The notes under the pieces are model-generated. The model worked only from the letters and a program-made list of their open reading frames with translations, did not search any database and was not told the origin of the DNA. A stretch of 52,997 nucleotides of DNA, counting the filler, from Catajapyx aquilonaris (taxonomy: Eukaryota), in the NCBI GenBank assembly GCA_000934665.2. It is 2 parts of 2 records of this genome, joined end to end, with 100 filler letters (N's around TTAATTAATTAA, not from the genome) between each part and the next. Parts side by side here need not be neighbours in the genome. Positions count along the whole stretch, not along the records: positions 1 to 26,466 come from KZ539305.1; 1 more part is not named here. One strand, written 5' to 3'. Position numbers and translations under genes: made by a program. Below are positions 1 to 12,252 of this stretch, one piece after another. How positions within the stretch are numbered: the first letter of the stretch is position 1; every line of letters starts with the position of its first letter.

Positions 1-100
1 TCTTCGATTCCTTCTTCTGCCGCTTCGGGAAAATGTCGCTAGTCGTTGCCTCGATTATTGGCCAGTACTGTACCCCTACCTTTACCAGCACCCCAACATA

Positions 101-127
101 CCCGGGCAACGCTGGGTAACCTGCTAG
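101..127 (+). mobile_element. Helitron-like 3' terminus in DUSP intron
   Basis: GC-rich hairpin CCCGGGCAACGCTGGG followed about 8 nt later by CTAG|T, the canonical Helitron 3' end layout. The rest of the element was not delimited. Confidence 0.55.
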
Positions 128-216
128 TTTTTTATAAGTATGTGTAAGTGGCTTAGGACTGTGCTGTCCTAAGTGCACATTCCTTGGTAATTTTTAATGT
201 GGGAACCTCTTTCCAG

Positions 217-914
217 GTATGTAAAATCTAAGCGAGTGACGATATCGCCAAATTTCAACTTCCTGGGGCAGCTCCTGGAGCATGAAAAGCAGCTTAAAAA
301 TGAGGATATTCTTGAAAAAAGTCCAGGGGAAAAGAAACTCCATGGTTCAGACTCTGTAGCTGCAAATGCAGCAACTACTGCCCCAGTGCCTGACTCGGGG
401 AAGGGCAAGTCACGATGGCTGCGGACAGGCAGTCTGGTTCTCCCGCTGTGTCCAGGAGTGAGCCCAGTGGCAGCGGTCAATGACTTATCTCCAACAACTG
501 CCCTGGCCCGCCTCCACTTTGAGCCCTCAGGGAAGGAGAACTGGGGTGGGTCTCGACTCAATGTGGAAAATTTCAATGGGAAGGAGTCACTCTCCGAGGT
601 CAGCTTTGTGCCATGCAGGACTTCCTCAGCACAGGGGCGGCCTAAAGGGACCCGTGGTGCTACCACTCCAACTACTCCGACTCTGCAGCCACCAAAAGTG
701 GAAGAAACCTCTTCACCTCAGTCTTGTTCACCGAGGTGGCTAGCTCCTGGTGCTGGTCCTGGATTTGCTTTAGGACTTCCTTGGGACACCTCACGAGACT
801 ACCTGAGGTCTGATTCTCTGAGTACAAGTGGAGTTGGGTCTGAGCTGTCAGATGTGGATTTGCCAATGGATCAGATGCAAGGGAGCATTGGAGATGAATC
901 CAGTGGAGAACATG
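217..914 (+). CDS. Dual-specificity MAP kinase phosphatase (DUSP8/DUSP16/vhp-1-like), internal exon: end of catalytic domain plus Ser-rich tail
   Basis: Acceptor ttccag|G. Encodes (R)YVKSKRVTISPNFNFLGQLLEHEKQL, the C-terminal DSP-domain motif of MKPs, then a long Ser-rich tail. Phase-1 donor CATG|gtaggt at 915. Upstream exons lie outside the window. Confidence 0.85.
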
Positions 915-1577
915 GTAGGTATAAGGCTGAGTTTACTTGATGATGTGAAGGACTTGCATATGCTGGGGCCACTTGCTTTGCTGTGTAACTTAATGAAGCA
1001 CTCCAGGGAATGAGGATAATGAGGGACCTTCAGAGATTACTTTTTGCACCCCTTCAATGGCTGAAACTGTTTTACAATCATTATATACGTCTTATATAAC
1101 TTGTTGTGGACAGAATTTCATCACAATCTGAGGACCTTGGGTCAAAGCAGAATTTTAATGATCCTCTCTATAGATTCACCCAATAGAGTCTGTTAATTTG
1201 ATAGCATGACAATTAATTTCTCAGCAGATCATCGAGATATAATCGTGATTTTTGCCTTAATTGACACGTGTACATTCTGCATGCAAAGTTTTGAGGGAAT
1301 TTTAACATCTACAATTGCGTCCGAAAAATTCATCAAGTCAAATTTCAGTACCTTTACGTCTACGTAGTCATGGGTGGTGCAATTGAAGTGAAATTCAGCT
1401 GTTGGCTGTTACCCCTTGACAGTTTGATATGTAACAATTTTTTATCTCAACCTATGGAGGTTGGGTCAAGAATTATTTTTAAATTCTTGATTTGATATGG
1501 AATGACCCATTAGTGAAAATATGGTATATGCAAGTCTAGATTGTGTCATTTAGTTATCTCAGTTTCTCTGTTTCCAG

Positions 1578-1931
1578 ACTCACTGGGTGTGGATGATGGT
1601 GTGTTCTGTGAAGGCCTGTCTCCACAGCCATCTTCTGCTTCATCCTCCCCACATCCACTCCCCCACAACACCCCCTTGACCCGCCTACGACCCCAGACAG
1701 AGGTGGTTCTTCGTGAGCACAGGCGAATGGTTGATTCAGTGAGGTCCCCAGAAAAGAGAAAGAGCAGTGAGATCCCTCTCTCCCCGGAAAGGCAACAAAG
1801 GGGATCAGAGAAGAGAAGAAGCCTCGTAGGTGATGACTGCACCTCTCCTGCTGTGTTAGGGGCAGGCTCTCTGGCATCAGGTGCAACTCTCGAGTCCCAA
1901 GGAGGAGGAGGAGGAGCTAGGCCCAAGTCAG
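1578..1931 (+). CDS. DUSP8/16-like phosphatase, penultimate coding exon
   Basis: Polypyrimidine acceptor tttctctgtttccag|AC is phase-compatible with the donor at 914 (G|AC = Asp; DSLGVDDGVF...). Phase-1 donor TCAG|gtgtga at 1932. Low-complexity Ser/Pro/Arg sequence. Confidence 0.7.
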
Positions 1932-3376
1932 GTGTGAGGCTCGTTTTATCCCGGCATTGATTATGGCCTTTGTTTAGATCTTTGAAAAGGCTGTTTTTGT
2001 TGGTGGGATCTGGTTTATAATCACTGTAGGTTACAACCCCAGAATATTTAATTAACTAAAGTATTGAGAAATGAATAGGACCAACCTAATGCAGTGTAAC
2101 TTTACTAGCCCTAACTACTCATGTTTCAAGCAGTAGAGAGGATTGGTAAGGTCTGAATGTACAAGTAATTGCGCGAGTCCAACACCTTAGCCACATTACT
2201 CGCAAGGCTGATTTTCAGTGGACAGAACTGGAGTTCTTCCTGCAGAGAAAGCTAGAACTTGCACAGAGGAGGCTAATTATTACACCTGCATGAGAGAAAT
2301 TTTTTTGCAAGCTCACTTTCTATACTAGTATGTAAGTGTGGCAGAGTTGTATTTACCATTGGAAAGCACATGAAATGAGCTTTATTCAAACATTATACAA
2401 GACTGTATTTTTCTGCCCAAGCTGATAATCTGAAGAATGAGTGACATGGAAGATTTGATGGCTTATTCACCCCTGGGAATGTAAGCAAAATTGGTGGCAT
2501 GCAAAATGGTAAAGGGAGCCTCAGACCATGTGCAAAATTGGGACGAGTTCAAATGCAGCCCAGGGGTGATGAACTATTAACTCTTCTCTGTCCCTGATTT
2601 GGATTGTTAACTTGGGCAGAGAACCATTCCTCATACAAACTCCATGCCATACTTGAAGGTGAGGAGGAAAGGACAAGAATCTGCAAGAAATTAACTTTCT
2701 ATTCACACAATGTGACTCTACTGCAGGCTAACTTGTACACTCCTGGAAAAAAATGTCCTTGTACCCTGACAGGTAGCATACTTGCAGACTGGGTGAAAGC
2801 ATGGATGAGCGCTAGTTGATTCATGTATGCTTCCACGGACACCTGCTTGCCTGTCCGCTTGGCATTGCTTGCCGGGGTTGTAGGCAGTTTTTTTACACCA
2901 CTGTACCATTGGTATCATCAGTTTTTGCCTGTTTTTGAGTATAAAAACATATGGATGCAGATTTTTTTCTGCTGCCAGAGTTGACGTAATTGGTGACTAC
3001 ATCAATACATGTAATATTCAAACAAGTTGTTGTACCTGTGAATGATTGAAGTTTGATAGACAAGTCACACAAAATTTCACGTGCTTCAATTTTAGAAAAT
3101 GTGAAACAAAGTATGGTACTCATGCAGTTACTATAAACCAGTTCTTCAGGCATAATAATGGCAGATTCAAAATGGCCCACGTGGATATGACTCATAGCTC
3201 CAAGAATATATTTTACAAGTATAAATGCACAGGTTTGGTGAAACACAATCAGAATCAAGCCTGGATAGTGTCACATTTTTTACTTCTGTTGTTGACTTCT
3301 CTTGTCAAATAACAAAAGCTAAGGAAAGTGAATGGTGTATGATGAACATTTAAATGAGTGGCAATCATGAGGGTGG

Positions 3377-3905
3377 TCTTTAGTATCTGTGAACACCACA
3401 ACAATGTACTTACATGAGATCAATAATATATGTAGCTGTTATTAGGTAGACCATTACAAGAAAGTAGCTGCTTACAATTAGTATCACTGAATTTTCTTAT
3501 GCTGGGTTTAACTGGAGATTAACCTGTACTATGTCCCAAACAAGGATTTTTGCGGGTTATCCTGGCTTGGATGCAGCCCATTGCACAGGCGTGTATTGTG
3601 TGTGTCCACAAAGAGAGCTAAGGAGGCTCCAATCCCGAGCAAAGCAAGTAAGGGTAGTCAGATAAGCAACACACATCTGTGCAATGGGTTGCATCCAAGC
3701 CAGGATGCAACAATCCTTGTTTGGGTGATAGTACAAATAGAACCAAAGAAAAGTTTATGGAATGGTAGTTTTGAATTACATACATACACAAAATTGCAGG
3801 CAATAAAATTTATTAAGGCACATTTGAGACTAAAATGATACAACCCAAGCGATGCATGATTCATCTATCTGACTATGTTTGTGAAGGATTCACAGATACT
3901 AAAGA
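3377..3905. mobile_element. Non-autonomous TIR element with a nested MITE
   Basis: Perfect 17-bp inverted repeat TCTTTAGTATCTGTGAA (3377-3393) / TTCACAGATACTAAAGA (3889-3905). Confidence 0.5.
3525..3735. mobile_element. Foldback MITE (related partial copy at ~36770-37000)
   Basis: Long inverted arms TGTACTAT..CCCAAACAAGGATT..ATCCTGGCTTGGATGCAGCCCATTGCACAG and their reverse complement. The same GCGGGTTATCCTGGCTTGGATGCA block recurs near 36800. Confidence 0.65.
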
Positions 3906-5334
3906 TAAGCCCAAGGATTTACATTGAGAAATATTTACTGTTCTGGAAAGTTCAGTTTTTGGCTAGATGGGCTTTGTAACTTGGAAGTGTTTCATTAGCC
4001 TTATTTTAATTATTGAATATTTGTGAGGAGCAAAATTGAGAATGGAAAATGTGTATCTCAGGAATTTTAAGTTTGATTTATGTACAGTGTGTGCCTGTAA
4101 TACTCAGAAGGGGTAGGAATGTGCAACACTGGATAGTGGTAGTACAGCTAGTTACACTGTAGTGTTCAGTAACTTTTGAGAGTTTTTCTTCAAACTACTC
4201 ATTTTATTCCTCCAAGCCACCATTGGTTGTAGAATGCGAGAAGAGGAGGAAAAAACAAGTATTAGATCTTGAACCCCTTATTTGTGGAACTACGTACATA
4301 TGACATGAGTTACTGTTGCTAGGTAATTTTAACAAAATCAAATCATTTTTATATTGTAAGTAATTAAGTGTTGAAAGTAGTTAATATGCATTGCTTGTTG
4401 CGATTGATGGGGGATAATTGTAGCTTACGTGTTCTTCGTGATTACTTTATTAGAGGGTTTGGCGGTTTGAAGGATAAAATGAGCCGTTTGCAACTGCTGT
4501 GCACAACCGAAATACCATCAATAAAATCATTTTATTGTGGCCTTAATGTCAATGCCCACATGTTACAAGTGAGCAGTACAAGAGAAATTCATCATAAAAA
4601 TACCAACTTTGTGCACATGTTTGTGAAGCTGTGTTCTTGAAAATCTAGTAATTTTTGTGTGCAGAGTTATTAAATTCTAACATATCGTGTCTAGTCAGCT
4701 GTAGGAAGGGACTTGTTTCTGTGATAAATATGTGCAATCTGCAATTTTTTAAAATTAAGATGCAAGTTCTGATAATTAAATGTTTTGAATACAGTGGGCC
4801 ATAGTGCAATATTTTCCCATGTTGGTGAGGATTGCCAGTATTATGATGTTAGGTGTTCATATTTCCTTTTTTTTTCGAAACAAAAAATCATGAGTGCTAA
4901 GCATGTGGAGAGTCAATGATTGATGCTGTGAGCTTTGTATGTAATCCCCCATGTTTTGCTTCTATGCTTCCCTTTATGCTTCCCCCACATTATGGATGCT
5001 GTTGATCTGAGGTTAGTGATGGTGCCAAAACGTGGGTTGAATGTAATACTGATTGAATCTTGTTTCTGCGTTACAATGTCCTTTTGCTTGGGCCAAAATT
5101 TAAAACAAATGTGAGATAACTGGCAAAGCAGTGTGTCAAATTTGTGGATGATGAATGTGATAGTCCCATCTGTAGGGGTTTGCCAGTAGCATGTGTAAGA
5201 ATTTGAATTATATGCTAGTGTGCTACCAAGGACTTCAAATTTTCTTTTACCTGACCATGAAGAATAATGTATCTTCACACATGAAAGTAACCAGGCATAT
5301 ACAGGGTGCACATTTTTCACAGTTGGAACTACAT

Positions 5335-5531
5335 CAGGGGTCAAAATATTCGGATGAAAAGGTGCAATATGCACTCCAAAATTGGTATCTACACTCCAGT
5401 TGGTCCTGCTTTTTAACTGGCTAAACCCAGTAATTAAAAATTAAGCACTCCAAGAAAGTAATTTGTAATCCAGATGAATGTTTGGAGTGCAAACTTTGCA
5501 CCTGGACAAAAAATTTGAGATTCAACCCCTG
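5335..5531. mobile_element. CAGGGG-ended non-autonomous DNA transposon with 6-bp TSD (hAT-like)
   Basis: Ends CAGGGGT...ACCCCTG flanked by CTACAT on both sides; internal GCACTCCA/TGGAGTGC repeats. Second copy at 50936-51109. Confidence 0.7.
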
Positions 5532-6498
5532 CTACATGCCTGTTTATTTTCTTGTGTAAAGGTACATTACTCTTCATGATCAGGTAAATAACTTTTTGAA
5601 CATGCCTCTAACCAGCAATTCCTATGACAGGCTATGTTTTGTCAATGCAAGTTTTCATTCCCATGCTTCCATTATAATACTACTAGAACTTACTGGCTTA
5701 TAACTATTGGCTAGCACTGTGATAATTGCTGATAACATTGTGACTCCTGATGGATCTAGTTCAAATTATGATATTATTTTATGTGATCATAGAAGCAGGA
5801 GTAGTAGAATGAGTGCTCCAGTTCTACCCTTTCCCTGTGAATTGCTTTAGGCCATGGGTACAGCTCTCCAAACCCTCACTGAGGGATAGGCACACAGTGG
5901 CTCCATTTCACTCACAGCCCATCTAGGAGTCAACATCCTGAATTACATATCCCTGAAGCAAACCTCATGATTAAAATGGTTACAATATTTATAAACAAGT
6001 AATGGAAGCCTCTAACTTTGGTTGCATTGGCAGTGATCCAGAAGAAACACAAGTGGTGTGAGCTCCACAGGAAAATTATTTCATGCACTACCATGAAAAA
6101 TGTGCCTTGCCTGAGTTTTAGAGCATTGTCTTGTACTCCAGCCTGTTTTGCTTCTTGTCAGGACAGGTGTAAGATAATTCCTAAGCTGCATATTCTGACG
6201 GGGCTTAGCGTGTTTACATTGGGTTGGCTAGACTACCGACTGTTAGAAGACCTACGTTCTAGCAAACACATTTTTGGCCTGTACTCTTATATTCTCCACT
6301 ACTCATGACAGCAGGCTGCATTGATCAAATCAATTGTAAATAATTGCCTGCTAGACTAAATCTTGTGAAGATGACAAAAATCATCAAGTATACAGAAGTC
6401 GTGGCAGTTTTTAATCTGAATTACATCCAGCCCAAAGCTTAGCAATAATTTGTTCAAAATAAGTTAAGGGTATTAATTCTCTTTCTCTCTCCTCTCAG

Positions 6499-6893
6499 GT
6501 GTTGTTGTGAAATGTGTGGATTCGAAGCCATTGTTGCTGTTGCCTTGCTGGGAGGATAACAAGGAGAACCGTCGTGATGTGTCCGGTCTGTACCGGGTGC
6601 AGAGCTGCCCAGGGAGTATAGACTCGGTGAATGAGGCAGGAGCAGGATTGAGGGTGGCCAACAGAGGAGTGAATGCTTGCGCCTTGAGGGCAAAGAGCTG
6701 GGGTGGTGGAGCCAAGGTGGCAACACAAGCCAAGGGGCGCAATAGGTTCTCTTGTGGGAGTATTGACTATGGGGACCTGAGGAGGAATGAGGCGGACCTC
6801 ACTTTCGCCGATCTCACCAATTATGGGGGAGGGGATGGGGAGGGGACCCCAAGTGGAAGTGGAGGATCTTCATTAGCCATACCTTGCCAGTGA
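6499..6893 (+). CDS. DUSP8/16-like phosphatase, probable last coding exon
   Basis: Strong acceptor ctttctctctcctctcag|GT, phase-compatible with the donor at 1931 and in frame with ORF 6507-6893. Ends at TGA 6891-6893. Confidence 0.65.
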
Positions 6894-8139
6894 GTTGGAT
6901 TTGGAAACAGGGCTCGAAGGGAAAACCTCATGCTACCCAGTCAAAGATAAACCGGTTAAAGTGGCGCCAAGTGTTACACCAAAGTTTTGTTCAAATGAGG
7001 TGTCTGGGGGTGATAATGACAGGCAGCAAGTGTGCAAGATATTTACAGGGCATCTCACAGGACCCACCCATATTCTTTTCTCAGAAACATGACACCTGAA
7101 GCATAGATACAAGTACAACACACATTAATTTCTGCTTTGACAATGCATAAAAGGCATCCTGATTTTGAGGAAAGGAACTAAGAGGGGTATTGTGAGCTGT
7201 TTTGTATTGCCTGACTCAAGTGAGAGGTGTGAGTTTGATGGCATGTCACTATGTTGCGCCTAAAAGCCTCGAATGTTCAGGGAGGTGGGGTGAATGTACT
7301 GTTGCACATGAAGTGCTGCCAACCTTGCCCAGATCTTTTGTGGAGTAATGAGTGGCCATTTTTGTTTATTGGTGTAGTGGTGTGGTTAATGGTGCTAAAC
7401 TGGACGTAAGTTGAGAGCGACGTTAATTCTGGGCAACGTTGGCCAAGTTCATTGGTGTCTCAAAAGTTGAAAAAAGGAAGCAGAATTTACAAATTGAAAA
7501 TTTTTAACATTGTGTTATCTGCACTCGTGCAACTTAACCCTGCCTCCTCTCTCTGCAAAAAGTGTTTCTGTACAAAAGGATGAGCAGCTTTCTTTTTATC
7601 CTCTTTATGTTTGGGACGTTTTGTGAGTTAAATCTGAATCAAGAAAAGTAATTGTTGATCTAGCAATTTTATTTTATTTTATATGCCCACATGCCCTATC
7701 CTTTTCTCCTTCAAGAATACTGTGGTGAACTATTAGCAGCCCTTTGATGAAGTGCTCAGCTGGCATTGCGGATGATATTAATACTTTAGTGCCAGTTCCA
7801 CCATCAAGACTCCAGCATGGACTCTGGACAGCTTTCCAGCTATAGGGAGCCATTCAGCATTTCAAGTACTTAAATCATAATCAATGATGTGGAACTTTGT
7901 ATTTTTCGCCTAGGTCATTCAGTCATCTTCATTACATTGTTGTGCACAAGTGTCCCCTCCCCAACAATCCCTATCCTTTCCCAATGTCTGTTTCCTTGCA
8001 CTGGAGAAAGAAGCTGAAAAATTAAATATATAGAAAACAGATGGTGGTGTGCCACCCCCCTATAGATCCTGTAAGGGACATCACGGGGTAAACAAAATTT
8101 AAAAAATATCCAGTGCTGCTGCTAACTCAATTTTTGAAA

Positions 8140-8336
8140 TTTGGCCCAAGATATATTGCTACATGGGTTGTATTGCTACATATTGGACGCCAATATTTCC
8201 ATATATGGGATGCCAATGTTGCCATATATTGATGAAAGTTGCAGTTACGATATAAATAAATATTGGCAGCCAACGTTGGCCATTATCAGCTGCCATTAAG
8301 CAGCCAATATTGGCCCAATATATCTTGCTACCTGGG
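8140..8336. mobile_element. Terminal remnant of a CACTA/EnSpm-like (CCCAG-ended) element
   Basis: Ends TTGCTACCTGGG (reverse complement CCCAGGTAGCAA) with clustered subterminal ATATTGGC/GCCAATAT repeats. Only one end is visible. Confidence 0.4.
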
Positions 8337-8341
8337 CCAGC

Positions 8342-8827
8342 TCAGTAATCCCAAAATCCCCATTGTATAAGGGCATCAAAATCAATGATTGCTGGGGTAA
8401 ACACAGGAACTTCCTGATGATCACCTGCTGACTCGTGCCCCTGTGGCTCTGTTGCCACTGGAACAAACACCCCTGTCTCTGGATCCAGTGTCATCTGGGT
8501 TCCATCATCATTCCTGCTCCCCGCTGGCTCCTGGGTATGTTGGTCGGCGGGATTGTTGGTAGGTTCCTCTCCTTCTTCAGGCAGGTCCAGGTACGAGGCG
8601 AGTTCAGATTCGTCTTTACTTGGCGAGACGCCTGCTTTCGGGACATTCCCAGTTGAGAGGACCACAGTCTGGTTAGTGGTGGTGACTATGGTGTTGTCTC
8701 CTGATGTCACAGTCTGGTGATGATGGTGAGCTGGGTTTCCTGAATCTAGCAGCATTGCAAGGGCAGCCACTGTTTCATTGTCAGAGGCATCAACAATATA
8801 CTGGACCTGCTGTACTGGCTCCTGTGT
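8342..8827 (-). CDS. ZNF839: ZNF839/DUF4764-like protein, probable last coding exon
   Basis: Acceptor ccatttcag|ACA (phase 0) is compatible with the donor at 12253. Acidic Q/E/T-rich composition like the upstream exon. Stop at 8342-8344. Intervening small exons are not excluded. Confidence 0.55.
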   Translation of the reverse strand, partial: TQEPVQQVQYIVDASDNETVAALAMLLDSGNPAHHHHQTVTSGDNTIVTTTNQTVVLSTGNVPKAGVSPSKDESELASYLDLPEEGEEPTNNPADQHTQEPAGSRNDDGTQMTLDPETGVFVPVATEPQGHESAGDHQEVPVFTPAIIDFDALIQWGFWDY

Positions 8828-10338
8828 CTGAAATGGCAATTATTAACCTTTTAGTTCAGCTACAAAATGAGGCACTGCAGACCATTACCATCGTTTCTTA
8901 ATTCAGCCATCCCCCCCCACTGATCCAAACAACACATTTTGGGAGGTTTATATTGCTAACAATCCTCCAGTGGTGCAATAGGGCTTTTGTCATTGGGACT
9001 AATAATAATGTTTGTAAAATAAAAGGTATGCCCTATCTAGCTTTGTAGTAAAGGGGGAATGTCCCCTGAAACTCTGAAAGATCTAGTTTAGCCCAATTAG
9101 GTAGATTATCCATGTGTCACTTAGGAGTGGCCTTAAGAAACAGGACTGTTTAGTTTGTTGTTTTTCCCCTCTACTTGGGCTCATTGATATATCCCAATTC
9201 AAAAACACATATCCCATCTGGGGAGGCAGAACCAGTCACAGCAATTGGTGTGAGCACGGGTGTGAGTGTCTAGGGATGTTGCACAATGTGAGCAAAAATA
9301 ATACTTGTATTTGTTTCACTACTCCAGTAGTTGAGCTCTAGAAAACTAAAGCTGTACTGTTATTATTCTTTATTGCAAGCCAATAAACTTCCATAGCCAG
9401 GCAGCTCCAGCCATGGACTTTGCACACAAGTTCATCCATTACACATCGGTAATAAATTTCCAGCAACTTTTTAAAAAATCAAACTCCGAAAATGACAAAA
9501 CCTGCAATCCAGGTAAGTTACCGCCACACCACACTCATATTTCACCTTTAAAATGCCTACCATCATCACCAGCCTCATATTAGGCTATATCTGTGGGAAA
9601 CTGTCCCATGTGCAGGCTGACACACAATTTTCAGTCAACATCCCCCAAAAGCTGTGCTCAGCCTGCTTCTTTCAGAAAGGACACATGATCCCATTGACCA
9701 GAACAATGTTGGTGCAGGGGTCTACCACCCACAAGGGAAGGGCACAGATGGTATAAGATAGATTTTCTTGAAACCCACTCATTGGATAGGGAATTTAGGA
9801 ATTTAATTAGACTATGGCTCAGGAATTATGAGCTATTTAAGTATCATGCAGGAGGTTATGTGTAAACAGTCAGTTGTCCCCTTGGCCACACAACCATTCA
9901 GCCAAGATGATGAGGTTATTGCCCGCAGCTGGGGTCACAGAATATTTTTTCTTGTTATTACAATGACATGATTTTGAAATCATCTTTTTATGACTATTTT
10001 AATGAACAGTAAAGGTTGATTGTAACAACTAAATGTAAATTGAAATCTCTGAGAATGTTCATTTATGAATTATGAACACCTGCACATGATTGGACATCTT
10101 GCATAATTATCTTTCACACAACATGGCCTATGCAACTCTACATTTAGAAAATTTACCACATTGCCATAAAAAATGAAATGAAATTTCTCCAGTAATGGTA
10201 TGCCAATGCCTTCTATGACCATTTCCAGAACCATATACAGGGTGACCACAATGAACCTACCTAGTTTCAAAGAGTAACAAAAATAGAAATACAGATGTTA
10301 AGGTTTTGGTTGTTTAAACACATTGCAAGACGTCGTAT

Positions 10339-11300
10339 TCAGTGGGCCATAATGGCAAGTGAATTCAGTCGTTCTTGTGTCACTGAAGATAGATGACAAT
10401 ATTTCAGCAGTTTTAGCTTCGAAAAGGTTCGTTCACCTGTAGCGTTCGTGATCATGAGGCACCTATAAATTCTTAACACTGTCATAACATTTGGGAGCGT
10501 TGATTGCACAATATTTTCACAATTTTTTGCACGATCGCTATACTGGCGCTGTTTCATCAGCTTTGAAATCTTCGAGCTGTGATATGATATGAAATACATG
10601 AAATTAACCATTTCAACTGCAAACTCCAAATCTGATCCGAATAGTATACATCCTCAGGATAATTGAGGGGCTGGGTGCATCCCACACAACGTAACTGCTG
10701 AGAAATGAAGCTGTACTGCGGGAAGTTCTCCTTACATCCTGCTAGTAATTATTTTTAATGGCTCCAGGACCCATCCAAACACGTTGAGGTTTTGCCTGTC
10801 ACTAACAGATAGTTTAGTAGCTACACAACAGTGGAAAAATATTATTTTTTGCTCGGTGTGGGATGGGCCCTTGCACCCAGCCTCTCAATTCCCCCTATAT
10901 CTTTTGGCAGCTTCTCTCATTTCGGCGTCTGTCCTCTCAACGAGGAACCAAAATAGAGAATTAACTTTGTCATACCGTATGCTTCCATATTCCAGGAAAG
11001 CTCTGCACATAATGTATTAAATATTGGTAGGTAAGTTTCAATACTGAACTTTTCCTCGAATCACAGCCTCCTCTGCATCACCATCACAATGATGTCTTTT
11101 TCTTTACGCTTTATAAATTGGGTAAGATTGTCATTTCTTTGAGTTGATCTTTTTCTATCTTCTGGAAACAATATTTAAGAAAGGTTGATTGCAATATTCT
11201 TTCAATATCAAATCAATATTATTCTGATCTGTTCTCGCAGGGGCCCAAAAGGTGTGGGCCGTAGGCCGCTGCCTACTCTGCCTATTGGGTAATCTGGCAC
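10339..11300 (-). mobile_element. Decayed hAT transposon (ZMYM1-like transposase C-terminus, dimerization domain)
   Basis: ORF 10339-10629 contains LPNVMTVLRIY..TNATGERTFSKLKLLK...SSVTQERLNSLAIM (hATC dimerization motif). A further broken segment KRKEKRHH...EKFSIETYLPIF lies near 11020-11120, and a hAT-like end GCCTATTGGGTAATCTGGCAC near 11300. Confidence 0.8.
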
Positions 11301-11418
11301 CACTCATTTTACCGTTGGGCTTATGGAGAAGCCTCAGACGTAAAATCAGATAAATAGTCAAGAATCATCCCTTTTTTCCTGAATCCAATCTGTCCGACCT
11401 CTCTTTTGCAAGGCATTA

Positions 11419-11613
11419 AGCGGCGTTTACATGTGAGCGATTTGATTGTGCAATGTCATCGCCGAGCAATAACAATGGTGAGTAACCCGAGTAACCAGTA
11501 TTGTTAGAGGCGAAAATCGATTGTTACTTTCACCTCAAACAATATTGGTTACTTCACTTGGCGACAACTTCGCTCCGCTTTGCTCATCATATCGTTCACA
11601 TGTAAACGCACCT
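11419..11613. mobile_element. PIF/Harbinger-like MITE
   Basis: Inverted ends GCGTTTACATGTGAGCGAT / ATCGTTCACATGTAAACGC in a TAA/TTA context. Confidence 0.55.
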
Positions 11614-11738
11614 TTACTCATAATGACCTTACCAGAGTATATTTCCTATATATTATCATTTCAAAGGTAACTTTAAAACCACTGTTAAGTGTTTTGATAA
11701 AACAAACTATTCACATATATCTATCTCATGTCTCACAA

Positions 11739-12117
11739 TGAGCTGCGTTACATGGCCAGTCGCGGCGCTTCTATTTCAATACGAATCGGAAAGGTGCCCC
11801 TTCGGCAACATGTTACATGTCTGGCCTCTGAAAGCAGTGGAGTCCCCCTGACCCTTTCTCCCCCTCCCGCTGCTGATCACCACCCACTTCGAAAACCAGT
11901 AATTTGGGAAATTTTGGAGTTGGAGAAAAGAAGGGTCCAGCGATAAGGCAGGAGTAATCCTCTAAAAGGTGAGTGGTGCACATCAAACCTTTTGAGGCGC
12001 AGGTAAATGGTAGTTCAACTGGCTGTGGCTGACTGGCTGCGTAGTTCAGTTGACGCGCATTTTCACACGTTACATGCCCGAGATGCTGCTCGAAGCGGCG
12101 TCATGTAACGTGCCTCA
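11739..12117. mobile_element. Harbinger-like MITE
   Basis: Inverted ends TGAGCTGCGTTACATG / CATGTAACGTGCCTCA. Confidence 0.45.
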
Positions 12118-12252
12118 ATGTCTTTTTGTTAGTTTGGAGTGAAATTATCACACAAAGAGGGACAAACAAAGGTGTGATACCCTTGGTGATACCCCTTGCA
12201 CCCTGGAATGAAATTATTTTGTTAGCTGAATATAACTGACCACCATATCTAC

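Noticed and set aside
169..666. Minus-strand 165-aa ORF and similar antisense ORFs over the DUSP, ZNF839-like, SGSH and acj6 exons
   Set aside because: Shadows of real coding exons on the opposite strand; no independent motifs.
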